A DNA stretch of 64,000 nt from Candidatus Melainabacteria bacterium (GCA_016699165.1 CP064963.1:2665880-2729879); one strand, 5' to 3'; shown: positions 47,764-57,562, numbered from the stretch's first letter. A program made the numbers and translations. Notes: a model not told the origin generated them from the letters alone.

Positions 47764-48381
47764 ATGAGCAAAATCAGTTACTGGCATTGCATGCCGGTGA
47801 ATCTCATTTCCGGTCCGGTTCTCGTTCCCGACCCCAAGTATTCCGACACCGACTTTCTGCCGGGGTACAAGTGGCTCGAGAATCACATCGGATATTTTCC
47901 GCTCTTCATGGCAGCGGGAAACGAAGACCAGGCGCCGTATAACGCTGGGTACAACAATCAGTGGCGCGTGGTTTTATCCTCTCGTTACTGCAAAGAGAAG
48001 AAGCGTGTTGTCGCAATTTCTCGTCGAGCGAAAGGAGATGTTCTCAACTTCGCCATGTTCCGCTTTGACAAACTGCCTGAAGTTTGCTGTTTTCTCGACA
48101 GCTCCTGGTGGTCGGTCGGAGTTTTGACTCCTCATCTCAACCACGAAGTACCCAGAGAAAGCGAAGTGCGTTCTGTGCTGAAGCGCTCCTGGAGCCATGC
48201 TCGTTGGTTGCGTGAAATCCGCAACGACAAAATCTCAGCCGAACTTGTCGTACCCAAACTCGACCTGCGTGATGCAGCTGAAGTCTGGGTGCGCAACAAG
48301 AAGGCAAAAGCACATTTGGAAAAGCTCGGCTTCAAAAATGTGCAGGTGCGTCGCATTCCTGTCGAAGCGCCCTGGTACTAA
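47764..48381 (+). CDS. Hypothetical protein (205 aa)
   Basis: ATG 47764 (MSKISYWHC...). The longer track ORF from 47563 overlaps the preceding gene. Confidence 0.6.
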   Translation: MSKISYWHCMPVNLISGPVLVPDPKYSDTDFLPGYKWLENHIGYFPLFMAAGNEDQAPYNAGYNNQWRVVLSSRYCKEKKRVVAISRRAKGDVLNFAMFRFDKLPEVCCFLDSSWWSVGVLTPHLNHEVPRESEVRSVLKRSWSHARWLREIRNDKISAELVVPKLDLRDAAEVWVRNKKAKAHLEKLGFKNVQVRRIPVEAPWY

Positions 48382-48417
48382 GTCTGGCACTAGCTCTTTC
48401 AAGAAAGGAGGGCTTCT

Positions 48418-49020
48418 GTGTTAATACAAATCGCATACGCTTTAGCCCTCGCTCCTGTAAGTTACTTCGGAGTGAGAGCTGTCTCCTTACATTACCAGCG
48501 AGAACTCGGCGACAAAGGTGTGATGGTGATGCGGTGCCTTCAGGCGCTGCTCATTTTCACACCATTCCTTGCCGCGCTTAGTCCGTGGAGCAACCTCTAC
48601 AGTGTGTCGGTGATACCGATCACCCTGTTGATTCCGCTTTGGGCCGGACATGAATTGTACGTGGACTTTCTGGCCTTTCGTGAAAGAAGAAAGAAATTAC
48701 GGCTCTTCGTCAAAGTGCTTGAATCTTTCATCGAACACGATTTCGAGTCGATCGACAAAGATGGTGATGATTCGCTCAGTGAGCAGGACATCGTCAATGC
48801 GTCGATTAGCTTCAGTCAGCACGAGCCCGACAAAGCTGCAGCCTTAGAACAGCTTCTGGTCAACATCGCCGACGTGGGACACATTGTCGGTGTGATAGAA
48901 CAGGAAACATATTCTGGGGACACTTTGATTGGATCGGTTAGGCGAAACATTTATGCCGTAAGGAAAAGCGACCTTCGTAAGTATCCTGCAACCTTGCGGT
49001 CTAAATTCCAAACATGGTGA
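48418..49020 (+). CDS. Membrane-anchored EF-hand protein (paralog of 17004-17585)
   Basis: AAGAAAGGAGGG Shine-Dalgarno sequence before GTG 48418. Three TM helices. EF-hand loop DKDGDDSLSEQD (nt 48754-48789). VGHI and YAVRKSDLRKY boxes. Confidence 0.7.
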   Translation: MLIQIAYALALAPVSYFGVRAVSLHYQRELGDKGVMVMRCLQALLIFTPFLAALSPWSNLYSVSVIPITLLIPLWAGHELYVDFLAFRERRKKLRLFVKVLESFIEHDFESIDKDGDDSLSEQDIVNASISFSQHEPDKAAALEQLLVNIADVGHIVGVIEQETYSGDTLIGSVRRNIYAVRKSDLRKYPATLRSKFQTW

Positions 49021-49185
49021 CTCGATAATTGGATGAGATGAAACTGTTCAGAGGAATTTTCCTTTGAACGTTTCACCTCATTCCAATTTTCAAAGTTTAT
49101 ACTATTACCGATAGTAAGACTAAATTTAAAAAGTAGAAGTGAAGGAGGTCTCGTTTATAAACGAAAACCAACTTCACTTCAAACT

Positions 49186-49434
49186 TCACTGCCCCTGGGA
49201 ATTGGGACAGTTCTGCGCATCAGCACCAGCACACGGGTCACCATATTCGGCACTACCGATTGGAACCTCTGTGCCGTCTTCCTCAACGAGGAAGGCTTCG
49301 GCGGTGCCACAGCATTTGGGATGCTCGACTTCGATGTCGTGCGGTCCCGGCTGCAACACCTGGTCGAACTTGACCTGGCCGTTGTACTTTACACGCAGGT
49401 GGAACGGCTCTTTTGGATCCATCTGAATCCGCAT
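49186..49434 (-). CDS. Small hypothetical protein (82 aa), last gene of the phosphoesterase operon
   Basis: AGGAGAG Shine-Dalgarno sequence before the ATG. Four Cys (KCCG...PCAGADAQNC). Confidence 0.6.
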   Translation of the reverse strand: MRIQMDPKEPFHLRVKYNGQVKFDQVLQPGPHDIEVEHPKCCGTAEAFLVEEDGTEVPIGSAEYGDPCAGADAQNCPNSQGQ

Positions 49435-49509
49435 GAGTCTCTCCTGCTGTTATTGATTGCAGTTAAGAGAGACAGGCTTTTAGCCTGCCTCTCCAGCGGT
49501 AGAGTCGAA

Positions 49510-50634
49510 TTACTTCTTCGACTTCGCCTTGGCCGGAGCCTTGGCTTTTGTCGACTTGGAAGCCGGCGCAAGCGACAGCTCCTCGCCACGCGGCAAGCAG
49601 CACGCTTTGTCCTCGGTGTAGACCTTGCCGTCCACGACGAACGAGCGACGCCCGTCCTTGCCGCGGATGATAGGCACAGCCTGACCGAAGATTTCGCCGT
49701 CGACGACGACGCCAGTCCAGAAGCCTGAAGCGCGGCGATCGTAGTCACGCAGGTGCCCCATGCGAACAGGGTCCCACAGATAACCGACCTCGTGCGCCTC
49801 GAAGTAGTTCAGCTTCGGAGCCGGAACGGTGTCGCCCGAGTTGGTGAACCAACCCGAAGCAACCTTGCCGTCGAAGGAGCGGATGATGTTGAGACCACGC
49901 TGCTCCCACTCGATCAAAGCGGCATCACCCGGATGACGACGACGGAAGTCGCCAATCATGAACAGGTATTTGCCGTTGACCAGAATTGCCGAGCCGAAGC
50001 GCAGCACCTGAACCAGCGGTTCATCCTTGAGACCGAGCAACTCGTCCAGCCTGCGCGGGAGCGAGCGAGTCGGGTCGGAGGGAAGGTCGCTTGGGTAATC
50101 GTAGTCTTCCTTCTCCATCGCCTTGGAAATCTCGCGCGAGGAGCGGGCGTCGCGATGACGCTTCACCTGCTCAATCCACTCGAGAAGACGCACTTCGTTG
50201 CCCATCGAAAGATGGGTCGCCGAAGGCAAATAGAAGAACTTCGAACCCGAAGCTTTCTGGATGGACTTGATGAAATCGCCGCAGCTCTCGCCGAGGGCGA
50301 GAATCTGGTCTTCGAATCCGCCGGTTTCCATAGCCTTGCGAATTTCGGGCGAGTCGGGATAGTCGTGGAGGAAGTTGGATTCATCCTCCCCGATGGCCTT
50401 GAAGGCCTCTTCGTCGATCAGTCCGCCGAGCCCGATGACCACCGACTTGGAGTCGGAGACGTACTTCAAGACCTGTTCGGTCATGTTGCGGTCATGGTTC
50501 GGGAAATAGACGTGACCAATCGCGGTAATGCGAGTGCCGTTCGGCAGCTTGAGCCGGTTGATGCCAGCTTCCGCCAGTGACGTCTTGGGGTCTTCCTTGA
50601 CGACGACACTCTTGAATTGGGTAACTTTCGACAT
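49510..50634 (-). CDS. Degenerate metallophosphoesterase-like paralog with a Lys/Ala-rich C-terminal tail
   Basis: Collinear with 51438-52406 (LPNGTRITAIGHVYFPNHD vs LPDGTRIVFIPDMHAPAHN; FVVDGKVYTEDK vs LVYDGKVYRSSDR), but the metal-ligand boxes are substituted. Tail is SKSTKAKAPAKAKSKK. Confidence 0.7.
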   Translation of the reverse strand: MSKVTQFKSVVVKEDPKTSLAEAGINRLKLPNGTRITAIGHVYFPNHDRNMTEQVLKYVSDSKSVVIGLGGLIDEEAFKAIGEDESNFLHDYPDSPEIRKAMETGGFEDQILALGESCGDFIKSIQKASGSKFFYLPSATHLSMGNEVRLLEWIEQVKRHRDARSSREISKAMEKEDYDYPSDLPSDPTRSLPRRLDELLGLKDEPLVQVLRFGSAILVNGKYLFMIGDFRRRHPGDAALIEWEQRGLNIIRSFDGKVASGWFTNSGDTVPAPKLNYFEAHEVGYLWDPVRMGHLRDYDRRASGFWTGVVVDGEIFGQAVPIIRGKDGRRSFVVDGKVYTEDKACCLPRGEELSLAPASKSTKAKAPAKAKSKK

Positions 50635-50652
50635 GTGATAAATCCTTTCGAA

Positions 50653-51414
50653 TTAGAGCAGGAGGTCGCGCGCCGCGAGTTCCGAATAGAACTCGAGAAC
50701 TGCGGGACCGACCTGGCTCAGGTTGTCGAGGCACACCACGTTGGGTGCGGTGATACCAATGTTGTACGGCTGCGGAACGAGGAGAGCAACATTGCCCGTC
50801 TGACCCACACCGACCGCCGTCTCGGACGAATCCTCGACGATGAGCGGAATGTGATTAGAGATCATGTTGTATTTCTTCTCGCCCGGGCGCATGAAGCGCA
50901 AGTCGCGATTGGCATTGAGGCCAAGCCGCTCGACGAGTGCCTTGGTCACGCCCTGTGCGACACCGTAGTGGAAGCCGGCAGCGTTGCTGTCGGGGCGGGT
51001 ATCGGAAGCGCCCGGAGTCCAGGTCCAGATCTTGGGATTCAGACCAGCGTCCTTCAGGGACTTCAAAGTAGCAACCGACTCCTTGTAGAAAGGCAGGTCG
51101 CCGTAGCCGTCAACAGCCTTGCGGGCGAAGTTGACGAAATCAGCCAGAAACTGCTCGTCGGTCATCGGATTGTCCGGGTCAAACTGCATGTGATACAAGC
51201 CGATGCTTTTGGCATCGATCTTGAACCCATGCGTGTTGTTGACGTGACGGACGAACGGTCCGGTCCAATCGACGAGGGTATTGTGAAGGTCGAAAACGAC
51301 ATCCCGGGACCACTTGAAGTCGGTTCCGGGTTTGAGGATGCTGCGGGGAATGTTCAAGCTCGGACCCTTATAGCCCGAAACGCGACTCCGCGCAACTTTC
51401 TTGTTGGTGCTCAT
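50653..51414 (-). CDS. HAD-superfamily-like protein (5'(3')-deoxyribonucleotidase/NT5C-like layout)
   Basis: Motif-I-like VVFDLHNTLVDW (D-x-H instead of D-x-D) and motif-IV-like LIVEDSSE. AAAGGAG Shine-Dalgarno sequence. The family call is from memory of motif layout only. Confidence 0.5.
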   Translation of the reverse strand: MSTNKKVARSRVSGYKGPSLNIPRSILKPGTDFKWSRDVVFDLHNTLVDWTGPFVRHVNNTHGFKIDAKSIGLYHMQFDPDNPMTDEQFLADFVNFARKAVDGYGDLPFYKESVATLKSLKDAGLNPKIWTWTPGASDTRPDSNAAGFHYGVAQGVTKALVERLGLNANRDLRFMRPGEKKYNMISNHIPLIVEDSSETAVGVGQTGNVALLVPQPYNIGITAPNVVCLDNLSQVGPAVLEFYSELAARDLLL

Positions 51415-51437
51415 TTTGCACTCCTTTCTTGTGAGGC

Positions 51438-52406
51438 TTAGCGGTCGCTAGACCGGTACACCTTGCCGTCGTAGACGAGGGTGTACTTGGAAGCGTCGCC
51501 CACCTGCTTGATCGGCAGAACCTGCAAGTGAACCTTGCCACCTGCGATGGTGCCTGTGCCGATGGCCGGATGCCAGTTGTTGAGGAGGTTGGAATAACCC
51601 ATATACGGGTGATTCACATCCACCACGTGACCGAGTTCGATGGCGACGATGGTCTTCTCACCGACCTGACGGACACGCATGCCCGCGCGGTGAGTGTGAC
51701 CCTGCACCAGAGAACGTCCGATACGCTCGGCATCAGCCAAGGGGCTTGCACCGGGCTTGGGACGCACGATATAGCCATGACGGAACTGCATATCGGCGTT
51801 GACGATCATGCCACCGCCGTAGCCACCACGCTCGTGGATGTCGTAAATGAAGCTGATCGGGTCGCCCGGCTTGTAGCCGAGAAGACCGTGGAACGAAAGC
51901 AGCGGCTCGCGCGACTGGAAGTCGACGATGTTCGCGATACCAGATGCGGGGTCAGTCAGATAACGGCGGAAGCGGTCATCGTGATTGCCCGTGCTGACAA
52001 TGATGCGAACGAGGCAGACGAGGTCCTCGGCGAGCCAGTCAATCAGGCGACGGGTCTCATCGAGTTCGAACTGCGCATGAGCGACCGTACGCGGCGGCTT
52101 GGGCCAACGCGAGAGCCAGAAGAGATCGGAGATATCTCCGATGTACTTGATGATGTGCGGCTGGAAATCAAGCAAGAACTGCTTGATACCCCAGAGCATC
52201 AACTGGTTATGAGCCGGAGCGTGCATGTCGGGAATGAAAACAATGCGCGTGCCGTCAGGCAGCGTGAGAGGCATCACTCCAGAAAAGCTGAGATAACTGA
52301 ACGAATTCTCGTTATCCCGAAGAATTCGGTCCATGATCTTGCGATCATAGTCCGAGACAGTACGTTTCGCCCGGATGATTGTGGGCGCTTGAAGCGAACG
52401 CTTCAT
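51438..52406 (-). CDS. Calcineurin-like metallophosphoesterase
   Basis: All canonical boxes are present: IPDMHAP (DxH), IGDISD (GDxxD), TGNHDD (GNH[DE]) and GHTHRAG (GHxH). GAAGGAGAC Shine-Dalgarno sequence before ATG 52406, preferred over the track start at 52433. Confidence 0.8.
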   Translation of the reverse strand: MKRSLQAPTIIRAKRTVSDYDRKIMDRILRDNENSFSYLSFSGVMPLTLPDGTRIVFIPDMHAPAHNQLMLWGIKQFLLDFQPHIIKYIGDISDLFWLSRWPKPPRTVAHAQFELDETRRLIDWLAEDLVCLVRIIVSTGNHDDRFRRYLTDPASGIANIVDFQSREPLLSFHGLLGYKPGDPISFIYDIHERGGYGGGMIVNADMQFRHGYIVRPKPGASPLADAERIGRSLVQGHTHRAGMRVRQVGEKTIVAIELGHVVDVNHPYMGYSNLLNNWHPAIGTGTIAGGKVHLQVLPIKQVGDASKYTLVYDGKVYRSSDR

Positions 52407-53465
52407 AACGGGTCTCCTTCGTATGCGCTGCAACCATTTACGTGATGAGGTCTAAGTTCTCATTACCGTGAGGTTGTACAGACGCGGGTTGATTTTGAAA
52501 TCAGGAAATTCCTCTGTTTCGAGGGGCTTATCTAAAAACCGGCTTATCCTTAAAGCCTTTATAGGGCTCATAAGGTACTTAGTACTGGCTGGTTCTTTTC
52601 CGAAGTTTGGAGGAGATAAGCTCTTTGATAGAAACAAATATGGAACGCGCAAAGCCTAAAAGACTGGAGAACCACTATTCAAGGTTAAAGACTTCTTGAC
52701 ATCAACCCTTTTGCATGAAGATTTGAACTGGAAGACTAGACCAATAGCGGCGCTAGTTAACCTTGACATCAAACCGAGTCCGAAAACGCTTTATTTTCAA
52801 TATTTTTCAGCCTTTTTCGCGCCTGCAATTATCCCTTGATAACCATCCTGCGCTAACTTCGCGCGTTTGTTAAGCGTTTTCGTAATTAGGTCAAGAACAA
52901 AAGTCCACAAATCGAGGAAGTGATTAAAAAGCCGAGATTTCAAGCGAGCTTTACATTTGCTTTATTTTCGCCTCTTGAAATAGCTATATAATTTTCCTAA
53001 AAAGCTCCTATTTTATAAAACCAAATAAGCATGTGTTAATGATCGCTATCTACTCACTGCATACAGTAAGCAACTCCCAAAGACTTAACGCAAAACCAGA
53101 TTAAACTCAACTTTGAAGCTTTTAGCGGCTTTAAGAATTTCGTTTTATACGCAATTGGTAGTTCGTACTTTTGAAGTGGTAGCGTATTTGGTGCAGTCAA
53201 GATTCATTTTCGCATCAAATACAGTATCGAATACGACACCGATTTAACAAAAATGGAAATAACAATGACGCAAGGTGCTCATTCAAGTTGAATCCCAATT
53301 TGCGCAATTCTCATTTCGCCTAGACCTACTAAACTTTTTGTTCTACTTACCATAGTTATCAAAAGGCTTAGCGTCCACATCCTCATGGGATCTCCTCAAA
53401 TGCAGCCCAATACAACCCCTCTTGCCCATCCTGATATGATAGTTTGGTCTTCGCGAGGAATCACT

Positions 53466-54038
53466 ATGCAACTCTTGGTCGACCGCATCAAATCTGACGC
53501 TAAACACCTTGGAAAAGGAGTTATCAAAGTTGATTCATTCATGAATCACCAAATCGATCCAGTGCTCATGAAAGCGATAGGTGAAGAGTTCGCCAAAAGA
53601 TTTTCAGATACAAATCCCACTCTCATATTAACTGCAGAGACAAGCGGAATAGCACCAGCTGTTGCTGCTGGAATGTTTTTAAAAATACCAGTTGTGTTTG
53701 CCCGAAAACACCAGCCAATAACAATGGCTCAGGAACCTTATCGCGAGGTCTCAGTCTCGCCTACACATAATAAAGAAGTCGAATTCGTAGTTTCCACCGA
53801 ATATCTAAAAGCAACCGACAGAGTGCTTATCATCGACGATTTCCTTGCTTCCGCCAAAACTATTGTGGCTTTGTCATTGATGGTGCAAAAAAGCGGTGCT
53901 GAGCTTGTAGGCATTGGAGCCGTAATAGAAAAAGTATATGCCAACGGTCGCGAACAAATTCGTCATCTTACTGTGCCAGTTGAGACACTTGCTAAAGTGC
54001 TTGAATGCAAGGATGACTTAATTATTCTTGGACTCTAA
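53466..54038 (+). CDS. xpt: Xanthine phosphoribosyltransferase
   Basis: MQLLVDRIKSDAKHLGKGVIKVDSFMNHQIDP..., PRPP box VLIIDDFLASAKT. Start at ATG 53466 gives the usual roughly 190-aa length. Confidence 0.9.
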   Translation: MQLLVDRIKSDAKHLGKGVIKVDSFMNHQIDPVLMKAIGEEFAKRFSDTNPTLILTAETSGIAPAVAAGMFLKIPVVFARKHQPITMAQEPYREVSVSPTHNKEVEFVVSTEYLKATDRVLIIDDFLASAKTIVALSLMVQKSGAELVGIGAVIEKVYANGREQIRHLTVPVETLAKVLECKDDLIILGL

Positions 54039-54327
54039 TAAGTTACTCTAATGATGCCAAAACTTCTGACACAATGAGCTTATGCATAGCTACGCTAGTC
54101 AAATGCATTTTGAATCTCTAGGTGGATATCGACAATAGCCAAATATTAATTGACTTACCTGACCACTTTTTTCTAAATTAAAAACATCCTTCGTTAAGCA
54201 CACATTTTTCTCTCTAAAGAACAAAGCATCGCTAATATCTTCAACCATAACAATGACTCAAGTCATTTCATTGGTTATTGTCGAAATTAGCGATACAGTC
54301 AAACTTAACAGCCATGGAAGGTGTTTA

Positions 54328-55038
54328 ATGACCGCACTTAAACACACTACCGATCAAGCTGCTACTGTGAATACACTGACGGCTAGCTTCAAAAGAAGCA
54401 CCAGAGATAAAACCACAGTCTTCACTTACGTGATGGGCAGGGTTGCTTTTTTGGAGGACAGAAAGCTTTGGGGTATTCACTCTGGAGACCTGTGGGAATT
54501 ACAAGTTCGATCTTCAAATCCCGCAGGAACAGTTTATTTTGTTCGGCCTATCAAGATTATCGCAGCCGCTCAGGACGGGGATGTGCTAAACGGTCTCGAC
54601 TACGAGGCGGTGAGGGACTCACGTCTTGCACTATCTCACTTGCGTACCTGGAAAAAACTTTTGTCCAGTGATCAATTTTTAAATGGAAATATGAATCTAT
54701 GCTTGCATCATCTGAAACTGCTTTCGAGTTACTTGAGGAACAATTCACTATCCTCCAAACTCAAAGTAAATCTTTCCAAAACTATCATGCATTCATTGTC
54801 CCAGCTGAAAATCACTCAAGAGCCCGTTTCACTTGAGTTGCTCTGGGAATCTCTTGAAACGATCGCATCTTGCACCAGTAGTAACCCTGATAGGATTCAT
54901 TCTCTTCGCCGACTAATTAAACTCTACGATTCAGGTTTCAATCAGCATGCCAAATTATCCAGCGACACTAAAGTCAGGCTTCTTTTAGACCTGCAAAACG
55001 CCCTTCAACCCAAAGCGGGGAAAAGGGACGCGCTGTGA
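54328..55038 (+). CDS. Hypothetical protein (236 aa)
   Basis: GGAAGGTG Shine-Dalgarno sequence before ATG 54328 (the track start at 54253 has none). Leu/Ser-rich helical C-terminus. No family recognised. Confidence 0.5.
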   Translation: MTALKHTTDQAATVNTLTASFKRSTRDKTTVFTYVMGRVAFLEDRKLWGIHSGDLWELQVRSSNPAGTVYFVRPIKIIAAAQDGDVLNGLDYEAVRDSRLALSHLRTWKKLLSSDQFLNGNMNLCLHHLKLLSSYLRNNSLSSKLKVNLSKTIMHSLSQLKITQEPVSLELLWESLETIASCTSSNPDRIHSLRRLIKLYDSGFNQHAKLSSDTKVRLLLDLQNALQPKAGKRDAL

Positions 55039-55205
55039 GATTTCTATTCAGGCATTCTCGTTGAAATCGCAGCAAGACTAAAACTAAATACATGCAAAAT
55101 TAGAGAGAGGAGAAATACAAATCTCAATCTCCTCTCTCTTTTATCCTATCCACCAAAGTACTCAGTTTGAATTGAACTTCAATCAAAAATCTGAAAGGAA
55201 ACACA

Positions 55206-55451
55206 ATGGCAATGGTCTCCTTGACTGTTGTTTGCTGGCTTGTCACCATTGGTTTGTTCATGGCAATAATGTCCAAGATGACCAAATTCAGCATCTATAA
55301 ACATTTGAGAACGCTTGAAACCAAATTAGAGCTACCTGGTTTCTGGGCTCCAGAATACATCATCATTTTTCTAGGGCTTCCCGCAGGTGTTAGCCTATGC
55401 ACAGCCTTACTGGCAACTGCAAAACTGGGCAACTTACTAAGCCTCCGTTGA
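55206..55451 (+). CDS. Small two-TM membrane protein (81 aa)
   Basis: GAAAGGAAAC Shine-Dalgarno sequence before the ATG. Two hydrophobic helices. Confidence 0.5.
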   Translation: MAMVSLTVVCWLVTIGLFMAIMSKMTKFSIYKHLRTLETKLELPGFWAPEYIIIFLGLPAGVSLCTALLATAKLGNLLSLR

Positions 55452-55511
55452 GTTTCAGCGAAATATATACCTAGCTGACATGTGGAGTAGTGGACTCAGC
55501 CAGAAAATTGA

Positions 55512-55538
55512 CCAGGGAGCATAAATAATGCTCCTTGG
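55512..55538 (+). terminator. Hairpin terminator candidate
   Basis: CCAGGGAGCAT-AAATA-ATGCTCCTTGG (11-bp stem with one G-U pair). Only a short T tract follows. Confidence 0.45.
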
Positions 55539-55612
55539 TTGATCGATGAAGTCTTCTCAAAAAAAAGGTGTAAGTATTCGTTTAACACTGGAGAGTAAGT
55601 TTTCCTGTAAAA

Positions 55613-57562
55613 CCGTCTATTTTTGCCGATTTTCATACTTTTTCTGACCTTTTTGCCACTTTAAATCGCTTTGCACAGGTGGAGGTACGATTTTGGAAAG
55701 GCAAAACGTGCCACGTTGTTTCATCTGCACTCCACAACGAGGCTCACAGCATTGAGGTGTTCGCCGTGTCTCTTCAAAGACAAAGTTTTTATTATAGATT
55801 ATAGTAAAACAATTTAACCTGCATAATTCACGAGAGTGATACTAAAGTAAGTTGAAATGCCCTGTCATTTGGCTGATTATCTGTGTTTACCACAACCCAG
55901 ACGCAGCAAAAAAGCAAGGCAATTCAGATGACAGAGTGTACAAAACCAGACGCCAACCTTCAACTTAAGTTTGACTTCGAAATCGGTAAACCGGTAATAG
56001 GGGCGTTTGATGGCGGATTAATTAGTACTGATGGAGGTCTTGGTCTGCTACGGTTTGCAGACGATGCGTTAAAATTGACTGAGTTTGCAAGTATTTGCAT
56101 CAAAGAAAAGCGCCGTCCAGACGTCCTCAAGCACTCGTTGCAAGATTTACTGAGGCAAAGAATTTATGCCATAGCCGCTGGATACGAAGACGCAAATGAC
56201 GCCAGCAGTCTACGTTATGACCCAATGCACAAGCTGGTGCTAGGGCGCGCAACAAGCGATCGAAATCTAGCATCCCAGCCCACAATCAGTCGTCTAGAGA
56301 ATTCCGTCACTTCTGAAGAGCTGAGTTTTTTACAAGATTTACTGGTGCACACATATATCAAGAAACACAAAAAGCCGCCAAAGAAGCTGGTTTTAGACTT
56401 AGATACGACGTGCGATCCGGTGCATGGTTATCAGCAGCTTTCTTTCTACAATGCTTTCTATTCTACGTTTTGCTATATTCCGATGTTTGTTTTTGACCAG
56501 CACGGTTATCCTTTAGCGTCCCTGCTGAGACCTGGAAATGCTGATGTTGGCGGTGATGCGGCAAGAGTACTTCGAAATTTATTCAAGATATTACGTTCAA
56601 CGTGGAAAAACGTTCCAATTGAATTCCGTGCTGACGCTGCATTTTGCCGTCGGGAAGTTTATCAAGTTTGCGAAGAATTCAAAGTCGTTTATTTTATCGG
56701 GCTCAAATCAAATCACAATCTTCGCTGTCTAGCAAAGGATTTGAGTGATTCAACCAAGCACGAGTTTGAATCAATTTACGGAGTTTTGCCACAGCAAGAC
56801 AAAACCGCTTGGCGCAGAAAGCAAGAAAAGATGCGGTTCTCCAGCAAAGCAGAAGGTCGCGTTCAAGAAATTAAAGAGTCTGAGGCCTACATCCGAAAAG
56901 TAGGAGAACTGGCTTGGAGAGGCAGAGGATACACTCACGATATGCGCGTAATTTGCCGAGCTGATTACTCCGAAGACGGGCTGGATCTTCGTTTTGTGGT
57001 GACCAACCACTCGGGTGGTAATCCTAGGTGGTTGTATGAAACCAAGTATTGTCGCCGAGGACAGTGTGAAAACTGGATTAAAGAATTGAAAATGGTAGAG
57101 GTAGATCGGCTTAGCTGCCAGGAGTTCAATGCCAACCAATTTCGTCTTTTAGAATATACTTTTGCCTATATTCTTCTAAGAGAGCTTAGGGAGCGACTTT
57201 CAAAAAATGAGTCTAGAATTTCAATTCAAACCTTCGTGTTGCAATTCATCAAAATCGGAGTGTTAGTGCGGGAATCGGTCCGCAGAATTTCACTTCATTG
57301 GACTAGCGCTTACCCGCGGCAACAATCGTTCGCCGCATTAAATCTCGGTTTTATTTGAACTTCTAAAAATCTATCTGCAAAACTGCCCTGCCCATCTCAA
57401 AGGCTGGTTTCACAGCGTCTGATGTCTGAGTAAAAATGGCTTGTACACAAAGTCTCAGAACAAAACTTAGAAGAGCTTACAAAATATCGCCTCGGAAACT
57501 AAACACCTGACTAATTGTTCAAATAAATTAGCTTGTCATACTATATGCATGAATAGACCGGG
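55613..57562 (+). mobile_element. IS1380-family insertion sequence (boundaries tentative)
   Basis: Contains the IS1380-type transposase. Candidate imperfect terminal inverted repeats are CCGTCTATTTTTGCC (55613-) and the reverse complement of the right end, CCGGTCTATTCATGC (-57561): about 13 of 16 positions with one gap. TAAAA occurs next to both ends (55608-55612 and 57564-57568), which is weak evidence in A+T-rich DNA. Confidence 0.5.
55883..57358 (+). CDS. IS1380-family DDE transposase
   Basis: N-terminal FDGGLISTDGGLGLLRFAD...LLRQRIYAIAAGYEDANDA...LASQPTISRLEN is the hallmark of IS1380-family transposases. DDE candidates are LDLDTT, FRADAAF and NWIKELK. The start is GTG 55883 or ATG 55928. 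Confidence 0.9.
   Translation: MFTTTQTQQKSKAIQMTECTKPDANLQLKFDFEIGKPVIGAFDGGLISTDGGLGLLRFADDALKLTEFASICIKEKRRPDVLKHSLQDLLRQRIYAIAAGYEDANDASSLRYDPMHKLVLGRATSDRNLASQPTISRLENSVTSEELSFLQDLLVHTYIKKHKKPPKKLVLDLDTTCDPVHGYQQLSFYNAFYSTFCYIPMFVFDQHGYPLASLLRPGNADVGGDAARVLRNLFKILRSTWKNVPIEFRADAAFCRREVYQVCEEFKVVYFIGLKSNHNLRCLAKDLSDSTKHEFESIYGVLPQQDKTAWRRKQEKMRFSSKAEGRVQEIKESEAYIRKVGELAWRGRGYTHDMRVICRADYSEDGLDLRFVVTNHSGGNPRWLYETKYCRRGQCENWIKELKMVEVDRLSCQEFNANQFRLLEYTFAYILLRELRERLSKNESRISIQTFVLQFIKIGVLVRESVRRISLHWTSAYPRQQSFAALNLGFI

Noticed and set aside
49753-52445. Three long + strand ORFs (49753-50580, 50617-51441, 51528-52445)
   Set aside because: They are antisense to the phosphoesterase operon. The minus-strand genes have catalytic motifs and strong Shine-Dalgarno sequences, which these lack.
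52452-52659. Short ORFs (66 aa minus, 63 aa plus) in the long spacer
   Set aside because: The minus-strand ORF begins with TTG. Neither has a visible Shine-Dalgarno sequence, the two overlap each other, and they lie in A+T-rich non-coding-like sequence.
53200-53465. Purine (guanine/xanthine) riboswitch upstream of xpt
   Set aside because: I looked for the conserved UAUAAU...GGAUAUGG...UUUCUACC...CCGUAAA...CUAUG core and did not find it. Only a loose 'ttctacttacc' is present. An Rfam scan would be needed to be certain.
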